From: Phoronis australis
Taxonomy: Eukaryota > Animalia > Phoronida
Assembly: GCA_002633005.1 (NCBI GenBank)
Contig: NMRA01000162.1
Location: 37,335 to 101,334 of the forward strand
Direction of reading: 5' to 3'
Length of the DNA: 64,000 nucleotides
Positions 41,707-53,400 of the stretch are shown piece by piece. A program made the translations under genes and the position numbers. Under the pieces are notes generated by a model. It was not told where the DNA came from. It did not search any database and saw only the letters and a program-made list of their open reading frames with translations. Positions within the stretch are counted from its first letter, which is position 1. Each line of letters opens with the position of its first letter.

Positions 41707-43384
41707 TGTTAGCCACATGCAAGAACGGTGAGCTTACAGAATTGTCTCAACTTTATCTCAAACCTTATTCAGTGGCCACGGTTCTAACTGGTATATCAAG
41801 AAACCAGGCTTTGTCAACTAGTAAAAGTATATAATTCATGAAAGAAAAAGGTCAGGGAATATAAAAATATGTTTTATATTGATGTGTCATTATTATTATT
41901 ATTATTACGTTATGTTAAAGAAAGGTTCATTCATAGCAAAATAACACCGGTCGATTTTAATGAAACCTTTTTTTAAATAAAGACTTCACCAGATACCTCA
42001 AAAACAATGTTAGGAGTTTTCGATTAGTCTTTTCGTTTAATATCTATGACAAATCCACTCGCAAAACGTAAAATATTTTGTAAAAAATAGAATTCGTATT
42101 CGTCTCTGTTACATTACGCAAAAACTAGGCCTTTATATCGAAAATCCTAACAGCTTGAAACTTATTACTTATATATCTACTTATCTCTTATTTTAAAGTT
42201 CCTACGTCCAGCTCACTGGTACATGTTTCCAATTTTATTGAAACCTTATACTTAGAAAGCACAGTTCAAAATGCATCGCGCTTTTTCTTTCTTTCAGCAC
42301 TCGAAGCTCCAGATGGCGTGTGGTTTTCAACTGTTTCGAAAAAAACCTTCACACCGCAAGACAACGATTATACTTCCCCTCTTTGTTTTTTGTTTCCATG
42401 TCTATATACAGCAATAAACAAATACAAACACCTGTAGCTTTGCTAGATAAATAGACGTATCTGATCAATGAGTACTCTTCCCTGCTTGAAAATCAATTCA
42501 AGTGTTGAAAATGGATTTTGGTCAATAATAACACGGTTTGCAAAGGTATGATGATCTGAATGAAGGCCGTGCGTTAAATATACATGTAACTCGTGTACAG
42601 TGAGAAAACACCCAATGATTACGCTGTAGCTTTTAACCCACTTGTATATCGGTAGGGTTTATTTGTCAGTTTGGAAAAAGAAACTGGTAAATACATGTAC
42701 AGCCTACTGTATGTAATTTGAAGAAAAACTGCAATCGTTTCTAAAATGAATTATTTTATCAATGGAACTATGTGGATGGTTTTAGAATAAAAGTAAAGGT
42801 GTCATGGTGTTTTATTGGCCGTTGGAGATGTTTATTTAGTTAGTGTTAGGGTAACTCCTCTAATAAATGAAAATGTGGCGAATATTGTTAAATGCAGATT
42901 GACCGAATCGAAATGTAGGACATGAGTTTTTACTCTTGATTTTCAATTGATTACCGTGTTCCTTTATTGCTATATATTTCATATTGAACAATACAATTGC
43001 AGGAAGTCACATCACACAACATATTTCATTGTCGTTGTGATAGAAGTCCAGGTTTACTTTCCCCAGCTGAGCTCGGCGTGATGTCTATCTGGTACTGAAA
43101 TATAGGATAGCTTGAATTACTGTATAGTCTTGTTACATGTATCATACACACAGCAGCGACTCATCTAAGGAATCCAATGTTCAAGTCGAGAGTCGCCTGA
43201 AAAATACCGAGCCACACTCTTCTAGTGTCAGACTTAGGCATCATTTACATTTATTTCCTTTTAGTTTGACTCCACCTTCACCCGAAGTGACATTTTCAGT
43301 TACGGATGCACATGTCACTCTACAGAATTTGCCATTTTTAACATCATCGACTAACGTATGCCCGGCACTATCTATCACATAAAT

Positions 43385-43830
43385 ACGTTTTCTATAACTT
43401 TTACCGTATCGACGCGCCATTAGGCCCATGGGCGCCTGTGCGGAACTGCGCTTATACGGGAAACCTAGGTGCATGCGCCAATATACAAACTTCTTGCAAT
43501 GGGCAAAAAAGGCCACAAAAAAGTCATTATTTCGGATATAGGCCCATTGGCTTGAAGGCGGGGCAATGCGATAATGCAAAACAATTTACCAAATTTCTTG
43601 AAAATACGCCAAGGAACTCCAAAGATACAGAGGCAAACGTAAAAATGCAATAAGGAGGCAGAACGGTTGAGCCTATATGCGAATTAATGTATGAGCCAAT
43701 GTACGGGACATAACCTGGTCTTACAAGCAAAAGTTAGGCTCACGCGCCCACTTTGGTAAAATAGGCTGCAAAAAACGCATTCTTTCGGACATAAGTCCAT
43801 GCCCCTAAAGTCGCGCAATACGATAATTCC
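43385..43830. repeat. Degenerate DNA-transposon/MITE-like sequence with internal repeated modules
   Basis: ttcggatataggcccat...gcaatgcgataat (~43531-43576) recurs as ttcggacataagtccat...gcaatacgataat (~43784-43827). Confidence 0.4.
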
Positions 43831-45246
43831 TATTCAAGCAGCAGTGTTAAATGAACAAGAATCTGCTCATCACCAAAATATTGACAAAAACCATTGGAAC
43901 AAAATATCTAGGAAACCAGTGCGTGTGACACCTCGGGAAAACTTGTGACTGGTGAATTGTTTTAGTCATCTCATGTGGAACGTTTGCGGACCAAATGGGA
44001 ACCTTTTGAGTATAACATGGTACTCATTCGCTATAAATAGGTAGATGTTTACCTCTTTTCAATACAACATAGTCTTCTAATCAAAAGTACATGGATTAAC
44101 ACTGTCGTCTTCTGAGATTGTGATGTTGGTACTAATTGAATGTCATTGTGTAATTTTGTCTTCTTAATTAACGGTTCATTGACGCTTAAGGAAATGTTGT
44201 AATTTTCTTCAAAGTTTTTCGCTAATTTCTCGATGTGCACGGAAGAACTCCATGGTGTGTTACAAACAATTTGAGAAAACATTTAAGAAAACGAGGCGTA
44301 TGGCATGTATATTCCAATGGTCTGAAGTGCTGTATCAAAGAGATTCGCCACATGGTTTGAGCAGTTCTCTTAAAGGAGATTATTGTGGCAATTTAAACCT
44401 ATCGACAACCATACCGTAAGTATGCTTTTCTCTCCCTCAAACAGGGCGTCAGACAGAGTTTGAAAAGCGGCCACCAGTTTTTACCAGTTGACGATAGGGT
44501 CGCTTCAAGTCAATGTCGGCTAATCGATGGTGAAAAATATCAGGTGCGAAGGAAAATTGGACCAGTTCTTTAAAATTTGGCATTTCCATGGTTAGTTGTT
44601 TTTAAAAGCTCATAAAATACGATTGTCTTTGAAGCTATTTTATTTTGAAACGGTAAACTTTTACTTAAATCATCCATATGTTGACTTGTTTGATGGTTGT
44701 TTATTTCTTAAAACCATGTTTCTCTCTATCCCTCATCCTTCTCTCCAACCCTACCCCCTTTCCCCCTTTCAACCTCCCCTCTCAGATGTATTCAGCAAAT
44801 CATATTTTTATATAACTAGGGATAAAATTGAGAAATCCAGGGATGTTAACTAACTTAGTCGCACCAATTAGCCTACACGCAGTCGACAGTTGTAGACAAT
44901 TTTTAACGTACAATTCTATGATTCAGGACTGATTTCTGAGTAAAGCTGCATTTCCCTGGCCTGCTCAAGTAACTAAAACGAAAATCGAATTAGGTCTTTA
45001 ATTCTCATAAAGTCGGTCTCGTAATATCCCTTACCGTAGTAGGATTCTTTTTTCGTCACTATAAAAGACATCAGCTACTCACGAAAATACTTTAGATTGG
45101 GGTTGACTCAAGCCTAAATAGCGAATTCGAAAGTGGCGCACAGTATACTTACATTTATGAATTGGTTCATTTTCTCAATTTCTTGGAGCAAAAGACGCAA
45201 TAAGTAAGATTTGTTAGGTCTTCAATACTTTACTAATGTGCAGTGG

Positions 45247-47993
45247 CTAGCGCCACTCCTCATACGTACTACATATGCAAAACGCCGGATACCACAGGTC
45301 GCGGAACGACATGGGCTCGGTTGTTACACTTAAGTCTTCATTAATTTTACTCTTGTAACCGGAAGCCGTCCTGTACCACCGATTGAGGTAGCTACAAAAA
45401 GAAACATCTATCATGTGTCAGGAAGCTAAGTTTCACAACTCGTTATTTCCAGGTGGTCAAAACTGTTTGTTTAATACTTTAATGTTTAATGCCGTTCACA
45501 TTCATGAAAACTCTTTCAAAACATGAAAACAAAATGTAGCTGAAGATTCTACTACATGTAATTTGGACATTATGACGATCAAACCAAATTCTCTCCAAGA
45601 ATAACAATTTTAGGGCCCCAGGCGTTACACCGAGGGAGTTCACACCACGTTCTCAAAAAAAAAAAAATTACAGGCTAAAACCGAGTGGATGGCACTCATA
45701 AACTGAAGAAACTTGTACAATAAATACGAATCATTAGAACGGTGTAGCATTCCACGCACGAGTCACCAGGGACAGTTTCGTGCGACAAGGCCCTTAATGG
45801 GGGTCGAAAATGAGGCAAGAAACATGAGCCGACTAGATTTCCCAGGTGAAAAACAATCAAGTTATCTTAGCGAAACCACAAGAGTCACCAACCAAATGCG
45901 TAAATTTCAATAATGGAAATGATGCAAAGATGGAGATGAAAANAATTCAAATAGTAAGTATTAAACCATGAAACCATGTATTTTTCATGATGACTGCTTT
46001 TTCACGAATTGTTGAAGTAATGGCGGATACAGATGTTTACGAAATGGATACGATAGACTTCTGAAGAGAACTTCGTATTACAAGGACTGCATATAAGCAA
46101 ACAAGTTACTTTAGTCACTGGGATTAGGGTACTTCATTGTAGGATAACAAGTTGAATCACCCGGTGTCTTCAACCAAAAACGGTCTCTGCTTCAACCAAT
46201 GAGGCTTGCACATTCTACGATAACATGTGAAGAAAGAAAGGACACATTTGTGTAAATTTTACACACTTTGCGTGCAAACAAGACATATAATATTTTTTCA
46301 ATGAAGACACACAGAGAACATCTTTCAGAAAGCTTGAACACCCAATCTCATTATCTAGAATAATTCACCGATCTAGATAGCAGCGAACGTTTAGCATACA
46401 ATGGTATTTCAAAAAGACAACGGATTTTGCTATTTTGTAGTTCTCGTCAATAAGCCCTACCCGTCCAACAATAATATCTAAAATGCATTCTTCGACCGAA
46501 AAGCCGATAAATGACACTTTTAAACGTTGCATTATATTTAAAATAACAGGTACTAATTGGTCGTACACTAGTTTATTCAGAAGAGAAATTGAAAAAATAT
46601 TTCGTTCAAGTTGGCGATTCAGTTATTCATTTTGGGATTTTTTTTTGTTGTAGAATACAATTTCTATGCACTTATGTGATCACTAATCCCTGTTAGCGTT
46701 GAACAATTTTAGAAAAAAATTGAGCCACGGTAACTACTCACAATTCTCTTAGGTTTTGTGTGTTGACCGAAAGCTCCCGTATGTCAATTACGCTGTCGTC
46801 AAACCCGTTGAATAGATAGAGGCTGTCACTTAGCGGCTCTGGACAGGTGTCGCCGATAGTGTAGAAAGAGTTGCCAATTTCTGTGTATGGTTGACCTAGT
46901 GATAAATAAGAACAAACATCTACCGAAAATTCTGACGTTTGTACGAATCCGACTGTAAGTTCAGAAAAGGGATACTTTTTACCCTTTTTGAAACCAATGT
47001 AGGTCCATATTTGAAAACAAAGGATAGGCCTATAAACGGAAAGTGCGTACCAAAACATTTAACGTATAATATATATTACATTAACAATAATCCGATTAAA
47101 AAGTGAAACAGAAACGATTCACTAGTTATTTAAAAAAATACTTCTAAGTATAAGCGTGATAAATATATCGTCGCACAAAACCCATGCCGACCTAGTGTTT
47201 GGAAAACCATGGAATTAATTCGATGTATGTCTGACTCAAAAAATAAGTCTGTAGTTCTACCTATCGAATTTTCTTTTTTAGTCGTATTCGTATCGCGAAA
47301 ATTCATGTCGTGGGATTTAGCGTGATATCTCTTAGTTGCACGTGTTTCTTAAGTGATCTACACCAAGGTCAAAAGATGAAGTGAACACAACGGGATTTTC
47401 TATGTATAACTAAACATAGCTATAATTTGCTAGTTATCCACTAAAGGAACAATAACGTCGAGAAAGGCGGTTTTCTGAGACCACCCCTTGGCGAGGACTA
47501 GACCCTGCTGCTCGTGCGCAGATCTAACGCTCTACTGACAAAGCTAATAAACCCAATTCGATAATTGCAAGAGCACATGGCCAGATTTCAGTGAAGGCCT
47601 GGCTGACAACGGCGAGGCTGGCTATTTGAATTTACGGTTTCTGATCAAAGCTAACTTCAAGAAGTCTTTCCGTCCAACAATAATCCCCGAAATGTGTTTT
47701 TCGGTCGTAAAACCAATGTATATCTTTAACGTTTTTCAGTGTTTGCACATTTTTATGGTACCGTCAAATTAATTGTCCGCGATGACATATGCTATTCAGA
47801 TTTACTTATACACGAATTAAAGATGCATAGAATACACTGAAATGTGATGTAGGCTGCAATTATTGATAAAGGGTTTCGAATTTATGTCGATCTATCATAC
47901 TCACAGTAATTGTAAGTAGAGTATTTAGAGTCAAGAGCCGTATCTTCCCGCAAACAAAAAGAAGACGAGCAACAGCAAAGTTGAAACTTTCAT
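45247..47993 (-). pseudogene. Secreted Spaetzle/neurotrophin-like cystine-knot gene with three apparent frameshifts (pseudogene or assembly errors)
   Basis: Exons 47905-47993, 46742-46952, ~46006-46214, 45247-45391 with GT-AG sites (exon 3 donor uncertain). Removing one base each at 47956-60 (A5), 46160-62 (C3) and 46120-22 (G3) gives MKVSTLLLLVFFCLREDTA...RELMCKPHWLKQRPFLVEDTGDSTCYPTMKYPNPVTKVTCLLICSPC..NICIRHY..YLNRWYR..RDLWYPAFCICSTYEEWR*. Confidence 0.62.
47493..47546 (-). mobile_element. Degenerate tRNA-derived SINE head
   Basis: Minus strand TAGCTttGTCaGTAGAGCG (A-box-like) ... GGgTCtAGTCC (B-box-like); no intact cloverleaf. Confidence 0.5.
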
Positions 47994-48042
47994 CCTGATT
48001 GGATACGAGGTTATCGCGAGCGGCACACCTGCAGCAACTCAC

Positions 48043-48048
48043 TTTATA
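48043..48048 (-). promoter_or_regulatory. TATA box of the cystine-knot gene
   Basis: TATAAA(G) on the minus strand 50 nt upstream of ATG 47993. Confidence 0.4.
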
Positions 48049-50411
48049 GACCGCTTAATTTTGAGATCATAAAAGCTATTTGTTTTCTTTTTCACAACAT
48101 TTTAATATAACTAAAGACTTAATTAGATTTCAGAACTGTGACGTGTTGGTGGTGATTTGAAGTAGACATAGAATGTTATCTTGACGGGAAATGCTTTCCT
48201 TTGGTAAATACCATTCTACATAGAATAGCATTATTTGTTGATTTTTGGACAAAAATTTAACGAAAATTATAGACCCGGAGACTGTCTGGAGATTACTCAA
48301 TAAAGTATGTAAACGTAGTTAATTAATTCGCAGCATACCTGGCAGGAAACGGTGTTCTTTATGTTTTCTGACTCCAACGAATCGATTTGCAAATCAGTTG
48401 CACATTATTCGGTTATTCTTGGGTCACGTCTCCTGAAGCCGTGAGAGGCAGTTTACGAGAAGAATGGCTCTATTTCCTTTCATTTTCAGAGCAATTGAGA
48501 CGTTTACCTACTTTACAACGTAAGGGCTCTTGATAGGTGTTTATTTTCAGTTTCATCCAGACTGTCTTTGCTGCAATTTTTTGATCGTAAAATTTCCCAC
48601 TAAATGTTACGTGTGTTCCATTTTAAAGATCGTTACGCCATCTGGTGCAAATACAAACTCGTTTACATGCAGAGAATTTGTGTAAGAAACATAATACTGT
48701 ATTAATCATAATATACAGAAAGTTAAAATACCGTCAATGGAATTAAAAAAATAGAAAAAGCAATTTCAAATATTTATTTATGACAATAGCATTTACGTAT
48801 ATTCGATTATTTCGCAGTGTGCAGCTGCAGTATCGTGTGCCAGTACTTAACCGTAAGTCTTGTTGAATGTATCAGAGGGCACGAGAAAGCTCAAATCAGC
48901 AGAAGCTAGTGTGTAATGTTACTATCTCTTGCTTAAAACGACAATAATAATGTACAATTTTCAGTAATAAAGGGATGACAAAACGAAAAAGGGGAGCGCT
49001 CGTCCACACACTCACGCACGCAAGCACATTAACAATAAAAATGATTATGAAGATGGTGGTGCCTATGACCATAAGAATATTAAATAAATATTAATAATAC
49101 AAATAGAAGACTGAATGGCATTTATTAGATTGCATTGCATTGGCATCGAGGCTCTCTCACCACCTCGGTGTCTGCTCCTTATATTTTTGGAAATTAAGGC
49201 TGCGTTTTCCCCCCGTTTAGCTGCCAAGAATATCGAAATCAACAGCGTCTCGAGAAAACGCTCCAGAAATTACTGGGCTGGTCAACCCTGAATCTGCGAA
49301 TAGGAACTAAAATGGCGCACCTCCCTGCATTGCCTTCGACTCGAGATGGTAATGAAAATGGAATCCTGTCGTTAAGAGGAATATGAAACCCATTTTAGTA
49401 GAGTAAAATGCCCAATTCGATTTTCCTTTTTAGCTGAACAGCGCGAAATGTGGCTTTAAATAAGATAATTTTAATGTACCTTAAGATATATGATTAAAGC
49501 AAATGAATTAATAGATAATTAAATTACTTAAATTAGTAAATAAATGGAAAATTCATGCAAAATTGTTACAGCAGGTTACATCCTCAAATTTACTGGCAAA
49601 TATTAATAATTAGGGTTTCTGGTGGGGTGAATTAATGACAGTGCGAAGGTAGAACACAATTATGTCTACCATTTGAGTGACACAAATTGACAATTAACTT
49701 ATGACCTAAACCAAGTAGCCTTTCAGCCAAAACTGACAAGACACCAGCTGAAAGTAATATCATCCTCAAATTAAATCGACCAAAGGATACACAATTGTAA
49801 AAAAAATTTTGCAAGAAAATTAATATAACAAGCTAATGCATGCAGTACTTAGGGAAACTATATTTTGCATGGGCAGTTGCAGCTAGAAGTATCAAACAAA
49901 ACAAATATTATAAAAATAGAATTTTATTTAACACATCAACAATTTACAATTTCCTTTAGGAAATTTAACATTAATTTATTAAAAACACTAACAGTGGTAC
50001 TAGCCCATTCTCAATAGTTTCTGTACCTACAAGACAACAGCCCCACAGCGAGACCATTACTGCGTTCACATGAGTGTAAAAATGCTGGCAGTATACCGGT
50101 AGCAATTACCCCAGCATTTCAGCCAGACAGACCTGCTGTCCAAATAAGATTCATCTTCACCAACACAGTTGCTGACCACCGGAATGCTTTTTAAGCAGAA
50201 ACAGCTGCTACAGCACATTCAGTTAATGGTGTTAACTTATTAATCAATCAATAACAAACTTAAGGCTTATTTCCCCTTTGTAGTGTGTTCTTTGAAGAAA
50301 GCCGTTCACCAAACAAGAAGTTCGACAACCGCTGTTTTCTGTCAACGCTGTGAACTGTTTCAGCCATAAGGCAAATGCAGTGTAACTATTTACTTAACGT
50401 TTTCCTTCCTG

Positions 50412-53400
50412 CTATAATATGGACGACCAAATTAACGTAAGAGTGGCTACGAACAGAATTACTTGACTGTACTCATGGCTGGCTGTGCTTGTGAAGTAGA
50501 ATGGCCAGAAGAAACTACGGGGGAGTTTGGCCTGTTCGGGAGGTACATTCGCTGACACGATGACATTTGGCAAGGAAACGTCTATGTATGAGACGGAGGT
50601 GGTGACCTCAAATGGCTGCGAGTAGTCGGACTGATTGGGTGAACATTGTGGTTGAGTGCACTGAAATGAGAGAATAATGACAGATCTGCCTGTTTGATGT
50701 GCAACGCCACCATGTGACAAGACATGGTAAAGCTTTTTTTGTTCTATTCTAATGACAAGCATTATAGTACATACTATTAGGTGTCTTAGCTTAAGGATAC
50801 ATTTACTAAGAGACTACTAAGATAACTTTCAGAATTACCAGTGAAAAAATGTTCTAAATACTCATAGTAATTTTCACAAACTTCGAACGAAATGACACAA
50901 GCTTAGTACTATTCACTAAACACCCTTGTCCACACACATCCCGAATACTATCTTTTTTGTTTCCTGAAACTCATGGAGTTATATTTTCACCATAACCATT
51001 GTCATTATCCCATCCGATGTCTGCTACTGGTTACATGTTTATCACAATACAACCACTATATTTCCTTCAACAACATCTTTACTGATATCTCAATAGCAGT
51101 GACTTCTCAAACTAACAACCACTGGCATAGACACGGGGGCAATGGCTCTCTGTGTTCATTCCAAAAACACCTCATCCCAGTCAAAACTCATTTTCTTTTT
51201 GACTCCCTTGTTCATTGCAGAGTCTCCTAAGTTGCCACTCATTTGTCTCCCGGTCGGTACTGATCAGATATAACATGGCCGCATTTTGAGAACCAGTTTT
51301 CTCCACTGAATACTGGCATTAAACTGGTTATATCAGTAACTCTTGCTCAACGATTTCTTACCCTAAATTATTTCGTCTGATAACCGATTATGATAGAAAA
51401 GCTTAGCCAGTATCATACCTGATATCTCAACGTCTGCGGCTCCTCATACAATTTCCTCACACCTATGATCTTGGGCTGAGGGTTGACCAGAGAGCCAATG
51501 TTGGCATAGACTATCTCTATATGCATCCCCATCACCATACCTGTACACACACCTTTACCTGATGACTGAAATCAAAATGAAAACAATTAATTTATCACAT
51601 GCCAAAATCTCATTTTAAGAAGGCATTTGCATTGTAATCGCTAGTGTAAGATACTTCACGTTTGTTTGCTCCGGGTTGGCTCATGGTCACGTGTATATTC
51701 ATGGCTGAATGGACTGAATGTAAATGTAATTTGCATGTGACCTGACCCTCATTTCAGTATAAGTGTTGTGCGCTGACTCGATTTACTCACATTGTGGCAG
51801 TGCATATTTGGCGTCAGTAAGGAGAGCCAGGGAGCGGCAGTATTGAGGTATTTTTCATGGTGTTTTCGTATTTGGTATTTCCGAATTTGCATTTTGTCTG
51901 TATCTGTGAGGTTTGCTATGCATTTTGTTTTTTATTTTTAGAACTGAAACAGAGAAGAACTGTGAGAATGTCAATGACAAATGTTTCACGTCTCTCAATA
52001 AAGCACTTTTAAAAGATATTAACTCCTCTTGACTTGCCAACACTCACAGCTAGTCTAATGAGTATTTGTGGCTAGATGGCTTAGTAATACAACTTATTGC
52101 AATGCCGTGAATTTAAAGTGTCTTGTAACCAGTATAAGTATATGTAGGACCTTAGAAAAATGTCTAATTTTGGCCAACTTCAGAACATGTTATCTCGGAA
52201 ATGGCTCATCGGATTCACGTGAAACTTTCAGATACCATGCTTCATACACTGTTCAGCAATAAACAAAATGGTCATTTAGAAAACTTTAACAGCACTTTTG
52301 AGATTTTATCATGAACACTTATATCATACAAAATTTGGTCTTGTTGAGATTATGAAATAATTAGCTTAGAGTTCAAATAGACAGAGTTCAAACAATTGGC
52401 ATCTGAGGTAAATGAGTGACGCATCAGCAAGCACAACCAGCATGAACGTGTTTTATGTGACCTCGCTACGTAAGGAGAGGATTATGGGCTGCCAAGCTGT
52501 ACACGATGAGAAGTACTGAAAACACCTGTTAGCCAACTGTATCAGAACATAGTCGTCCTAGAGCACAAGGATTACTATATAAAAGTTTCCAAGGTTCTAA
52601 TAACAAGATATCAGTGTAATATCAAATAACATAATTATCCAAAAGACCTGTCCAGCAGAAGCACAGTCAAACATTTAATGAATAGGCAAATAGTACACAA
52701 GTTCATTTTCCTGACATGCTCCGAGGTACAAGACCTTGACCTTTACATCACGCATGACCTTTTACATGTGACCTTGACCTTTACATCATGCCGTTTCTTG
52801 TATCTTTGAGAATGAGGAGTGACCTCGAAACATGTCAGGAAAACGAAGTTGTTTACTATTTGGCTATTTATTAAATAACCAAGATATCAAAAAGGTTTAA
52901 CTATCTGGACTTCTTGATCTTACCCTTGCTCCAGTAGGCTGACTGTCGGACAGAATGGACACCCAGTTGGTTATATTATCTGCCGCGGAGTTGCCAAACG
53001 AGCCGACGTAGTCAGGGAACGTTTGCCCTTCTAGCACACTCAGAATGACTCGCTGGACTGAGTCACACATAGTCATATTTGCTAGAGTTAACCTGTTAAA
53101 AACATAATGATCAAGTGAAAATAATATATTGACTTATGATGAGTGCATCACAATGGATGCAATTTTTGATACATTGTAACAAACATTTTAAAAAATTTTT
53201 TCGTGTAGCTTTCCTTTAATAATAAAACTAGCACCAGATTCGCCTTATTTTTTCCAACCACACAGCATGCATCATTCTGTATAGTGTAATAATTTCTGAA
53301 CTGTTTTCAAGGACAACAAGAAAGAGAAATGAGCCCCAAGAATTCTGGAGGGTGGGTACACTGGAACCAAATGTTTGGAAGTGCAGGATGAACATCGAAA

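Noticed and set aside
46447-46567. Alternative terminal exon (FVRPISTCY..YYCWTGRAY*) or a selenocysteine TGA at 46447
   Set aside because: Frame-compatible, but splicing to 46214 gives a coherent cystine knot instead; no SECIS or selenoprotein motif seen. Remains a possible alternative isoform.
47493-47546. tRNA gene (also 13320-13383)
   Set aside because: Boxes are degenerate and stems do not pair; treated as SINE heads.
47940-47950. Non-canonical GA donor (G|GAAGAT) after the signal peptide
   Set aside because: Poor match at +4/+5; a single indel plus the canonical GTGAGT donor at 47904 explains the exon better.
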